DNA of 64,000 bases from a virus: IMG/VR virus record IMGVR_UViG_3300043470_000815. One strand, 5' to 3'. The translations under genes and the position numbers were made by a program. Positions 29,636-37,139 of the stretch are shown here, piece after piece. The notes under the pieces were generated by a model. That model was not told the DNA's origin. It searched no databases and was given only the letters and a program-made list of their open reading frames with translations. The number at the start of each line of letters is the position of its first letter. The stretch's first letter is position 1.

Positions 29636-30070
29636 TTATTGTTTAATATGTGATTTTTTACCACCACAAGATCGTGAACAACATGGTTTAAACGTTGGAT
29701 TTTTAACAAGTTTATAATTGACATGATTACCCGCTTTGATAAATTCTTTATTACAAACCGGACATATAAAACATAAATATTTTTTTGTTATATTTCTGTG
29801 TTCTCTATCTTTTTTGTTATTTTCTTTAGGTGTTAAAATTTGTAAATTATCAATGACATCGTTTAAAGGATTATTATCTATATGATCTACGTGTTCATTT
29901 TTTAATAAAAACCTTTCAAGTTTACAACACATTAAATATCTAGCATACGACATACTTGTTCGCGAATTATCGTTTTTTACTAAAACAACTAAATTTCTAG
30001 GTTCTTTATTTTGTAATAAATAAATTGCTTTATAATCTTCTATAAATGGAATTTTTAGTTCGATTTTCAT
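29636..30070 (-). CDS. free-standing HNH homing endonuclease
   Basis: YARYLM..HVDHIDNNPLNDVIDNLQIL HNH motif plus C-terminal CPVC..CCSRSC zinc finger. Confidence 0.85.
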   Translation of the reverse strand: MKIELKIPFIEDYKAIYLLQNKEPRNLVVLVKNDNSRTSMSYARYLMCCKLERFLLKNEHVDHIDNNPLNDVIDNLQILTPKENNKKDREHRNITKKYLCFICPVCNKEFIKAGNHVNYKLVKNPTFKPCCSRSCGGKKSHIKQ

Positions 30071-30100
30071 TATTTATATATTCTTTTAACTAAAAGAAAA

Positions 30101-30190
30101 TGCACTTAATTTGTGGGATTTGAACCCACCTTCGTTTGTGTTTGAGACAAATTGTTCACCTAGAACAGTTTTAAATTTATTGTAAGTGCA
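30101..30190 (-). ncRNA. tRNA-like RNA whose acceptor stem is replaced by the helix-ACAAU module
   Basis: terminal TGCACTT/AAGTGCA + ACAATA; inside D arm TGTTC/GAACA, anticodon arm TTTGT-CTCAAAC-ACAAA, T arm GTGGG-TTCAAAT-CCCAC. Confidence 0.75.
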
Positions 30191-30194
30191 ATAG

Positions 30195-30266
30195 TACCCC
30201 GTATGGGAATCGAACCCATATTTGTAGATCGAAAATCTACTATACTAACCGTTATATGAACGGGGC
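30195..30266 (-). tRNA. tRNA-Glu(TTC)
   Basis: cloverleaf: GCCCCGT/ACGGGGT, anticodon arm GTAGA-TTTTCGA-TCTAC, T loop TTCGATT. Confidence 0.9.
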
Positions 30267-30328
30267 TAATTTATAACGTGAATGGAAACCCTTCACTAAA
30301 GAGACAGAAGATAAACTTCTGCTTAAAA

Positions 30329-30387
30329 AAATCCACTTATTCGTAAAATACCATAATTTTTGATTTAAAAGTATTGTAAGTGAATTT
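30329..30387 (-). ncRNA. minimal helix-ACAAU RNA
   Basis: AAATTCACTT + ACAATAC ... AAGTGGATTT followed by T-run; no tRNA arms. Confidence 0.65.
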
Positions 30388-30408
30388 ATAATTCCGTTAG
30401 AAATTTAG

Positions 30409-30482
30409 TGGCAGGGGTGTGAATCGAACACACAATAATTGGACTTATGAGACCCACTAGCCTACCAAGGCTTGTCCCTGCT
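30409..30482 (-). tRNA. tRNA-Met(CAT), probably initiator
   Basis: AGCAGGG/CCCTGCC with 1:72 mismatch, loop CTCATAA, T loop TTCGATT. Confidence 0.85.
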
Positions 30483-30506
30483 ATTTATTTTTTTTTTACA
30501 TTTTAG

Positions 30507-30587
30507 TGGGAAAAGATGGAATCGAACCACCAATAAAATTTTTGTAAGTAAATTAAATCTACTAACCTGTTTTTTCCCGATTTTCCC
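30507..30587 (-). ncRNA. tRNA-shaped RNA with helix-ACAA module in place of the anticodon arm
   Basis: acceptor GGGAAAA/TTTTCCC, T arm GGTGG-TTCGATT-CCATC, hairpin AGTAGA/TTTACT + TACAAAA. Confidence 0.7.
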
Positions 30588-30742
30588 TAATTCTAAACCA
30601 TCGAAATGTAAACCTGTTAGGGAGGTTTGTCTTTTAAAAGTACATATAATATAATTACACTTTCCCTTTACAATTTGCTTACACCGATTGGGTGGTTAGT
30701 ATGTAACTTGATATATATTATATACCTGTTTTAATTATACAA

Positions 30743-30794
30743 CAAAGATAAGTACTTTATTTTTACTGTGCAATATCATTAACAACTTGTTAAC
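30743..30794 (-). promoter_or_regulatory. Bacteroidota sigma70-type promoter
   Basis: GTTAACAAGTTGTTAATGATATTG-N~20-TATCTTTG. Confidence 0.8.
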
Positions 30795-30802
30795 TTTTAT
30801 TG

Positions 30803-30875
30803 TTGTCACTAAAGGACTCGAACCTTTAACCTTCTGACTCAAAATCAGACGCACTACCAATTGTGCTAAGTGACA
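30803..30875 (-). tRNA. tRNA-Gln(TTG)
   Basis: TGTCACT/AGTGACA, D arm GCAC/GTGC, TCTGA-TTTTGAG-TCAGA, T loop TTCGAGT. Confidence 0.9.
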
Positions 30876-30892
30876 TTTTTTAAACTGTTATG

Positions 30893-31063
30893 TGGTTGAG
30901 GTAGGAATCGAACCTACAAACTTGATATTTTTTACCATCTTTTACTACCTTCGATGTTTAATATCGTGCTGGTTTACTGTTCATAAGTAGTATATCATGG
31001 AGTTTACCCATAATCAATTGTATTGAACTTCACCAACGCGTTTACCAATTTCGCCACCCAACC
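30893..31063 (-). ncRNA. Leu-like tRNA scaffold with ~100-nt insertion in the anticodon arm
   Basis: GGTTGGG/CTCAACC, D arm GGCGAAATTGGTAAACGC, T arm GTAGG-TTCGATT-CCTAC, 171 nt in total. Confidence 0.7.
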
Positions 31064-31081
31064 ATTTAAATTTTAAAAAAA

Positions 31082-31138
31082 AATCCACTTAATTATCAAA
31101 TTAAAAGTTTGGTTGTTTTAATGTATTGTAAGTGGATT
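31082..31138 (-). ncRNA. minimal helix-ACAAU RNA
   Basis: AATCCACTT + ACAATAC ... AAGTGGATT then long T-run; ends identical to element 26782-26880. Confidence 0.7.
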
Positions 31139-31169
31139 AATATTTTAATATCTACTTTTAGATATTCTG

Positions 31170-31245
31170 TGCAACTAAATGGACTCGAACCATTAACACC
31201 AAGATTCATAAATGAATCAACTCTAACCAATTGAGTTATAATTGC
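31170..31245 (-). pseudogene. tRNA-like sequence with abnormal 6-nt anticodon loop
   Basis: good acceptor GCAATTA/TAGTTGC, D arm ACTC/GAGT and T arm; anticodon arm GATTC-ATTTAT-GAATC. Confidence 0.6.
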
Positions 31246-31429
31246 GTTTTAAAAACCGCCCTACCAACATAATTGTACACTTATTATTGGAATAATATAC
31301 TTACTACTTTCAGGCGATTTTATGACAACATTGTACGGATGTTATCATTATTTTTCTTACTTTGACAATACCGCAATAATTACCGAATATGATGGGTAAG
31401 AAAAAATTTATTAGTTAATTATTAATTAG

Positions 31430-31502
31430 TACCCGTAATGAGACTCGAACTCATAAATCCATGATCCTAAATCATGCTGCTTTGCCAATTTACTATACGG
31501 GC
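31430..31502 (-). tRNA. tRNA-Leu(TAG), short variable arm
   Basis: GCCCGTA/TACGGGT, CATGA-TTTAGGA-TCATG, T loop TTCGAGT. Confidence 0.85.
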
Positions 31503-31520
31503 ATTTAATTGATTAATTAG

Positions 31521-31605
31521 TGCAGATGGTGGGACTTGAACCCACACGCCCATTTAGAACAACGGTGTTTAAGACCGTTTTGGCTACCAATTACAACACA
31601 TCTGC
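31521..31605 (-). tRNA. tRNA-Leu(TAA)
   Basis: GCAGATG/CATCTGC, ACGGT-CTTAAAC-ACCGT, long variable arm, T loop TTCAAGT. Confidence 0.9.
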
Positions 31606-31613
31606 TTATTACA

Positions 31614-31808
31614 TTAACCCCAAAATTCTAGGATTCCTACATTATCAAAATAAAAATATCCAGCCGATTGATTATTTGGTAATTTACTTTCATTCCACTT
31701 ATTTTTAAACTTATTAAAAGTAGATGGTGACATTCTTACATGACCTTTACCGTTAACCAGTTTGGGTGTTTTACCAAATAAACTTTGAAAAATTTCTAAA
31801 GACATCAT
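31614..31808 (-). CDS. hypothetical protein
   Basis: 64-aa ORF directly behind promoter 31844. Confidence 0.55.
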   Translation of the reverse strand: MMSLEIFQSLFGKTPKLVNGKGHVRMSPSTFNKFKNKWNESKLPNNQSAGYFYFDNVGILEFWG

Positions 31809-31843
31809 AATGTGATAGATTAAAACTGTGATTAATTATGATA

Positions 31844-31884
31844 CAAAGATAAGTCGAATATTCATACTGTGCAACCTCATTAAC
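31844..31884 (-). promoter_or_regulatory. Bacteroidota sigma70-type promoter
   Basis: 31-nt core identical to promoter at 47544. Confidence 0.8.
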
Positions 31885-32015
31885 ATTTCATTATCAAACT
31901 GGGATTTCATAAGGACTTTTACCCCACGTTTTTATGGAAATCGACTACCCGAAATGACCACGTGCTTTCTAATTTTACCCTATGTTACACTTAGATAAAA
32001 CCATTTATTTAAACA

Positions 32016-32127
32016 TAACCGCCAAGACTTGAACTTGGAAACAATTTTCATAAAAAAGTTATTACAAGTAACTTTAATATTTCCATTGTATTTTTGTATG
32101 CCATAACTTGTAATTATTCATTCGGTT
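32016..32127 (-). pseudogene. degenerate tRNA-Thr(TGT)-like element
   Basis: T arm CCAAG-TTCAAGT-CTTGG, anticodon arm AAGTTA-CTTGTAA-TAACTT, only 5-bp acceptor and bloated D region. Confidence 0.45.
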
Positions 32128-32201
32128 TGGCGGGAATAAAAGGATTTGAACCTATATTAAGTGATTAACAGTCACCCGTTCTACCATTGAACTATATTCC
32201 C
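32128..32201 (-). tRNA. tRNA-Asn(GTT)
   Basis: GGGAATA/TATTCCC, GGTGA-CTGTTAA-TCACT, encoded CCA. Confidence 0.9.
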
Positions 32202-32405
32202 TTTTAATCTTAAAAAATATCGTTTGATAATATTTGTAATTTTTTCGTTATAATTTTTACACTCACAACCGCGTTGGCCACCTCGGATTGAATACCGGGA
32301 ACATGAGACTATCAATCTTCATTGTGTTATTATAACAATTACAATTCCGTTTGACTATACGGATATAGTTTTATTTAAAAAAATTATTTAATTTTAATTA
32401 TACAA

Positions 32406-32446
32406 CAAAGATATGTACTTCCAACCAATTTCACAATACCATTAAC
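32406..32446 (-). promoter_or_regulatory. Bacteroidota sigma70-type promoter heading the tRNA region
   Basis: GTTAATGGTATTG-N~20-TATCTTTG. Confidence 0.8.
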
Positions 32447-32519
32447 AATCTATTCACAAAAAAACCCCCAAACCATGCGAACACGTTTGAGGGTCAATAT
32501 TTTTTAAGATTTTAAATCG

Positions 32520-34022
32520 TTAAAACTTTTTTAATCCTTCTTTCGTGAACATTATAGTGTTACCTTTCTGATCTTTTCCTTCTATACGGAGAACGTCAAT
32601 GTCATACTTTTTAGTGGATTTTAGTATCAAATCCAAGAAATACGCTGTCCAATATGTTGCATCTGCATAATCCGAACCCGGTAACAGACCTAACCCCCGA
32701 TTAATGAAAAATTCAGTAATTTCAGTATTTAATTTTTTCAATTCATCAGCCGCAAATAAGGTTGTTTTATATGAAACAATATCAATTTTAGTAATTGTTA
32801 CAATTTCACCCGCCGCTAAATCTACATTATTTAATAATACGGGTTCTTTACTTTTAGTCGAACCATTACCAACAATCGACCAACCAATCGAATAATTAAC
32901 ATTTAATGTAAATGATAAATCGCGAACGGTATGGGTGGGTGGATTTACTGGAGGGACTGGTGGATTAACAGGGCCGCCCGTTGGAATATCTTTAGGATTT
33001 TTATCCAATATAGACTTCACAAACGCATAACCATAACCTGTTTCATTGTCCTTACCTGCTGGTAAAATGTCCGATGCAACCCACGCCATGTATTTTTTCA
33101 TAACATCTGTATTGGCTAATACCTTACCCCATTTACTTAACGCAATTGCACATAAGGCGGATTGAAAAGGTGTTGCCATTGAAGTACCTGACAATGATGC
33201 GTATTGTTGATTTAGATAAGTAGATGTGATATTACGTCCCGGTTCAGACATCCAAACTTCCGGCCCGAATGTTGAAAATGAACTACGTTTTAGGTTCTGA
33301 TCTAAACTACCAACCCCAATTACATGTTCACTGTTACCGGGATAATTTACGCCCAAAGTACCTGTATTTCCAGCCGCTATACAATAAATTACACCTAATT
33401 CTTTAGATGCTTTCAATGCAGCCTCGGTTGGAGCGTATTTTGCAGTACCACCACCCAAAGACATATTTACAACTACGAATGTTCCTTGATTTAAATAATT
33501 TTTATTTTCTAAATCTTCGGTTTTAACAGCATTTGCAACCCATTCAAATGAACCCGATCCTTGGTCATTCAGAACTTTGACAGGTTTAAATTGTAATAAA
33601 CCCGCTTGTACCAAACTACGTGCAAGACCTAAGTTTTTACTTCCAATAATACCTGCCACATGTGTACTATGACCTTGAACGTCCACCAATGAACCTGCTG
33701 GTGATGTAAAATTTGAACCAGTCAATTGACCATCTTTTAAATCATTATGGTCATACTTTGAAGCGGTATCAAATACTTTAACAACAACTTTATTTTTACA
33801 TTCAGTTGTTAAACGCGTGATTAATTCATCGGGCAAAAGTAAATCTTCGCCCCAATTGGTTGGCCCTGCCAACACGTCACGTTTTGAAATTACTTTATCG
33901 GGTTTACCTTCCCCGGGAAATGGTGTAATGTCAAATGATTGACTAAATGTTACATTTGTTATAAAAAGTAACGCGATTGATAGGAATTGTTTCATTATGT
34001 TTTTAATTTTTGTTTTAACCAA
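32520..34022 (-). CDS. secreted subtilisin-like S8 serine peptidase
   Basis: signal peptide MKQFLSIALLFITNVTFSQ; triad VFDT, HSTHVAGII, AAGN, SGTSMATP. Confidence 0.9.
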   Translation of the reverse strand: MVKTKIKNIMKQFLSIALLFITNVTFSQSFDITPFPGEGKPDKVISKRDVLAGPTNWGEDLLLPDELITRLTTECKNKVVVKVFDTASKYDHNDLKDGQLTGSNFTSPAGSLVDVQGHSTHVAGIIGSKNLGLARSLVQAGLLQFKPVKVLNDQGSGSFEWVANAVKTEDLENKNYLNQGTFVVVNMSLGGGTAKYAPTEAALKASKELGVIYCIAAGNTGTLGVNYPGNSEHVIGVGSLDQNLKRSSFSTFGPEVWMSEPGRNITSTYLNQQYASLSGTSMATPFQSALCAIALSKWGKVLANTDVMKKYMAWVASDILPAGKDNETGYGYAFVKSILDKNPKDIPTGGPVNPPVPPVNPPTHTVRDLSFTLNVNYSIGWSIVGNGSTKSKEPVLLNNVDLAAGEIVTITKIDIVSYKTTLFAADELKKLNTEITEFFINRGLGLLPGSDYADATYWTAYFLDLILKSTKKYDIDVLRIEGKDQKGNTIMFTKEGLKKF

Positions 34023-34064
34023 TACAGTTAATATGTATAAATATATACCACATAATAAAAAACA

Positions 34065-34667
34065 CTATCCAACGTTATAAACAGTCCCAAAATATCCAAC
34101 CAAATCACCTTTATCGGATTTTAATTGATTACCGTGAATTTGAATTGAAATTTCTTGACCAGTTGGTGTAATATAGATCATATTCATATTGAATACCATT
34201 TTATTTTTTACGGCATGTTCCCATTCTGACATGACATCTTTTTTATCATCTTCATGTATCCAATTCATCCAATCATTTCCCTTTAGTTCACTTTCGGTTC
34301 GTTCCGTGATTCGACATAATGTTAAATTAACATCAATCCAACTACCTGAACTATCTGTTATAAATGTACCATACGGCATTGATTTTAACAGTGCTAAAAG
34401 TTTCTGATCTTGTAATTCGACCTTAGATTCAATTCGATTAATTGCGTCACGAATAGAAGAGCCGCCATTTGGCTTCAATTCTAATTCAATTCGATCTATT
34501 TTTGGTTTTAAATCTACAATTGTTTGTAAATTTTTATGAGCGAGTTTTATTTCGTCCCATTTTGCTTTTAACCAAAATTTCCAAAGTAATCCTAAGCCGC
34601 CAGTAACGGGTGCGAGTAGTTTTAACCATTCGCCTAATCCTTTTAAAAGTATCTCCATGTGATACAT
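34065..34667 (-). CDS. membrane-anchored PAS-domain protein
   Basis: N-terminal hydrophobic helix, coiled coil ELKPNGGSSIRDAINRIE, PAS fold (ITDSSGSWIDVN..ELKGNDWMNWIHEDD..GYFGTV). Confidence 0.8.
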   Translation of the reverse strand: MYHMEILLKGLGEWLKLLAPVTGGLGLLWKFWLKAKWDEIKLAHKNLQTIVDLKPKIDRIELELKPNGGSSIRDAINRIESKVELQDQKLLALLKSMPYGTFITDSSGSWIDVNLTLCRITERTESELKGNDWMNWIHEDDKKDVMSEWEHAVKNKMVFNMNMIYITPTGQEISIQIHGNQLKSDKGDLVGYFGTVYNVG

Positions 34668-34750
34668 AAATATATCACATTATTTAAAATCACATCCTAT
34701 TTTAAATTGAACCAAACAATTCTTACTTGGGGGGTTGGTTTTTCTAAATA

Positions 34751-34972
34751 TTATTTCAAAATTTTATTCTTCAAATACACTTTTCCATATTGGGAATTTA
34801 TGTATTGTTTTTCACGTCTAACATCATAAAAAACCTGATATATAGAATCCTTGTAAATTGCAAGAATTTCTAATTCAGATTTTGATTCATAATTTGCGTA
34901 TATATATGTCATATACGATGCTTTTTGCACTTTACATGAAGTCAGCAATAAGCAAATTAATAACATTCGCAT
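34751..34972 (-). CDS. small lipoprotein
   Basis: lipobox LLTSC. Confidence 0.55.
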   Translation of the reverse strand: MRMLLICLLLTSCKVQKASYMTYIYANYESKSELEILAIYKDSIYQVFYDVRREKQYINSQYGKVYLKNKILK

Positions 34973-35259
34973 GTGGTTGGACGTGTGTTTAATGTGTCAA
35001 TTACTTCTTTAGAAAAACGAAAATATCCAATTGTATCGGTATTTGCCAGCATTGGTTTGATTTCCGTTTCAAGTTCACACTTATCGGTATTTAAATACCA
35101 TGTTTCGGGTTCATTAAATACAACGTATTGGTGTTTGTTATCGGGTAGCCAGCAAATAGTATAGTCGTATTGCGTGATCTTGCAACGCAACGGTTTACAT
35201 TCGTCTTTAGTGCAAGATGTGAATAAAAGTATTGATAATAGTAATATATAATTTTTCAT
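34957..35259 (-). CDS. lipoprotein
   Basis: lipobox LFTSC. Confidence 0.65.
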   Translation of the reverse strand: MKNYILLLSILLFTSCTKDECKPLRCKITQYDYTICWLPDNKHQYVVFNEPETWYLNTDKCELETEIKPMLANTDTIGYFRFSKEVIDTLNTRPTTCECY

Positions 35260-35769
35260 TTATTTATAAAGATATTTAAAAATGTACCATAATACTGCAT
35301 ACACACATAAAAATGGTGTGATTATTACGATTAAAATGGTGGTGATAATTGGCCAAAATGGATTATAGGTATAATTCAAATAACCCAACCCACCAGCAAC
35401 TATTAAGCAAAATATTACAAAGAATAAATTACTTGTGATTTGTCGATAATTCATATTTTAAATTAAAATTGCTTCTTGTGTAAAAATAATAGGTAATTCA
35501 TATCCCGGCTCACAAAGTATTTGCTTACCAAACATGACTTCATCACATATTTTTGTATTACTTCGGTCAATAGGATTTTCACGAATATAATCAATTACAT
35601 CATCAATATCCATAAACGTCTTGATTGGTTGGTATCCGTACCAATGTCCTTTATTAATGTAACCCCAAATTTGATATACTTTCATATTTTATTAAATTTT
35701 TAACTGTTTAAATATACATGGTAAATGAATTTCATTTCCTAAAAGAATCAAATATAAAATTTGATGTTA

Positions 35770-35810
35770 CAAAGATACAGACCTTATTTGGGTTTCACAA
35801 CCCCATTAAC
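35770..35810 (-). promoter_or_regulatory. Bacteroidota sigma70-type promoter
   Basis: GTTAATGGGGTTG-N~20-TATCTTTG; palindrome 35747-35765 adjoins it. Confidence 0.8.
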
Positions 35811-36464
35811 ATTTCGTTTACGATTTAAGTGCATTTCAGCATAAAATTTAACACGCTGTTTGAATTTCCAAAACAACCCATCCTCCAGTTTTTGATCCCA
35901 ATAATTTACATCGGGTTTACCAGTTTTTGGATTGATATAACTGAATTTAGGACAATGTTTACCAGTAACGTCGTGGTGACGAACGACACGTCCCAAGTCC
36001 ACTTCATATTTTGAATTGTAAAATCCTTTATTTATCAATTGCCAACCAACCGATTGGGCGGTCATTTCCAAAATCAAAGAATCATTACGACCGCCACCCA
36101 AACACATTTCATAAGATAATGAATTATTATTTAATATCTTACTTTTTAACCAAGGTTTAGGTATAAAACCAAACCAATGCCTGTCACCAACCGCGTATGC
36201 AACATTATGTTCTTCGGTGCATTGTAATATTTCAGTATCATCGACGCAATAGTGTGTACCAGCCTGACGTTTTTTTTGTAAATATTTTGCATTGGCCTCG
36301 GCATCGGCATTTTCACCGAGATTAGCAGTGTAGTGAATAACAATGTATTCTATTGACCGATTTCGTTGTTTTTTGGTATTATCCAAGATTTTACGAAAAC
36401 TTATCATTGAAATTATCATTATCACTAATGATATTAACAATATTATTTTATATTTATTTTTCAT
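35784..36464 (-). CDS. N-acetylmuramoyl-L-alanine amidase (Amidase_2) with N-terminal membrane anchor
   Basis: YIVIHYTAN, THYCVDD, HNVAYAVG, RHHDVTGKHCP. Confidence 0.9.
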   Translation of the reverse strand: MKNKYKIILLISLVIMIISMISFRKILDNTKKQRNRSIEYIVIHYTANLGENADAEANAKYLQKKRQAGTHYCVDDTEILQCTEEHNVAYAVGDRHWFGFIPKPWLKSKILNNNSLSYEMCLGGGRNDSLILEMTAQSVGWQLINKGFYNSKYEVDLGRVVRHHDVTGKHCPKFSYINPKTGKPDVNYWDQKLEDGLFWKFKQRVKFYAEMHLNRKRNVNGVVKPK

Positions 36465-37014
36465 AGGATTTACTTACTTTTAATTTGTTTTCTTCGGTTA
36501 TTTGTTCTACGTATTGGAAATTGTGATTCCATAAAGCGAGTTCCATTTTACGACGACGGTTGTGTGATTTTCTTATATTTTTATTAGATGAACCACAACC
36601 TTTTGATGCGTGGCAGCATTTACCCAATGACGAACCCGATTTAGTTAAACCACAATTATATGAATACAATTGAAGTGCAAGATTTTTATATGGATCGGAA
36701 TGTAATTTACCATATTTTTTAAGTTCCCTAACAGTTATTGCAGTTGCTTCATTATATGAAATTCGTCCATCTGTTAAATATTCTTTAATTTCATGCCTAC
36801 GTCTGTTACCTTGATCGTTCCACCCAAACCCGATTGAATATGCCTGACGACCACGTACAACACCATCTTTATACCAAGTTGAACTGTAACCTTCGTTGGC
36901 TTTTAATTCCCAAACCAAGATTTGGTAGGGAGTATATTTTAATTTTAATGTATTAGCGGCTAAGAAAATACCGATAATAGAAATCACGGCTAGATTGTAA
37001 ACAATTTTATTCAT
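36454..37014 (-). CDS. phage lysozyme (GH24-like), possible SAR endolysin
   Basis: LKANEGY..YKDG..YSIGFG, YSYNCG, RRKME; hydrophobic N-terminus. Confidence 0.75.
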   Translation of the reverse strand: MNKIVYNLAVISIIGIFLAANTLKLKYTPYQILVWELKANEGYSSTWYKDGVVRGRQAYSIGFGWNDQGNRRRHEIKEYLTDGRISYNEATAITVRELKKYGKLHSDPYKNLALQLYSYNCGLTKSGSSLGKCCHASKGCGSSNKNIRKSHNRRRKMELALWNHNFQYVEQITEENKLKVSKSYEK

Positions 37015-37070
37015 ATCAATAAATATGATATGTTAAAAATTTTAACAGTTGTGTTAACAAAATATTAACA

Positions 37071-37106
37071 AAAAAGCCGCTTACACTTTTCAGCATAAAC
37101 GACTTA
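37071..37106 (-). terminator. rho-independent terminator
   Basis: AAGTCGTTTATGC..GTGTAAGCGGCTT hairpin then T-run. Confidence 0.5.
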
Positions 37107-37139
37107 TATTCAAAAAATAATAAACATTTCTTTTAAATT

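Noticed and set aside
30893-31063. Group I intron in tRNA-Leu
   Set aside because: Insert is ~100 nt and lacks recognisable P7/catalytic core sequences
26782-31138. CRISPR array suggested by repeated AATCCACTT..GTATTGTAAGTGGATT
   Set aside because: Copies are irregularly spaced, are inverted-repeat helices around tRNA arms, and have no constant repeat-spacer period or cas genes
31251-31330. Long hairpin AAAACCGCC..GGCGATTTT
   Set aside because: Compatible with an ordinary terminator or spacer hairpin; nothing else supports a distinct RNA
31890-31990. Possible minihelix/tRNA relic (GATTTC-CATAA..TTATG-AAATC)
   Set aside because: T-loop consensus absent and pairing could be chance; not called
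32270-32372. Possible tRNA relic starting ATCCGTATAGTCAAACGG
   Set aside because: No matching acceptor 3' strand or proper T arm
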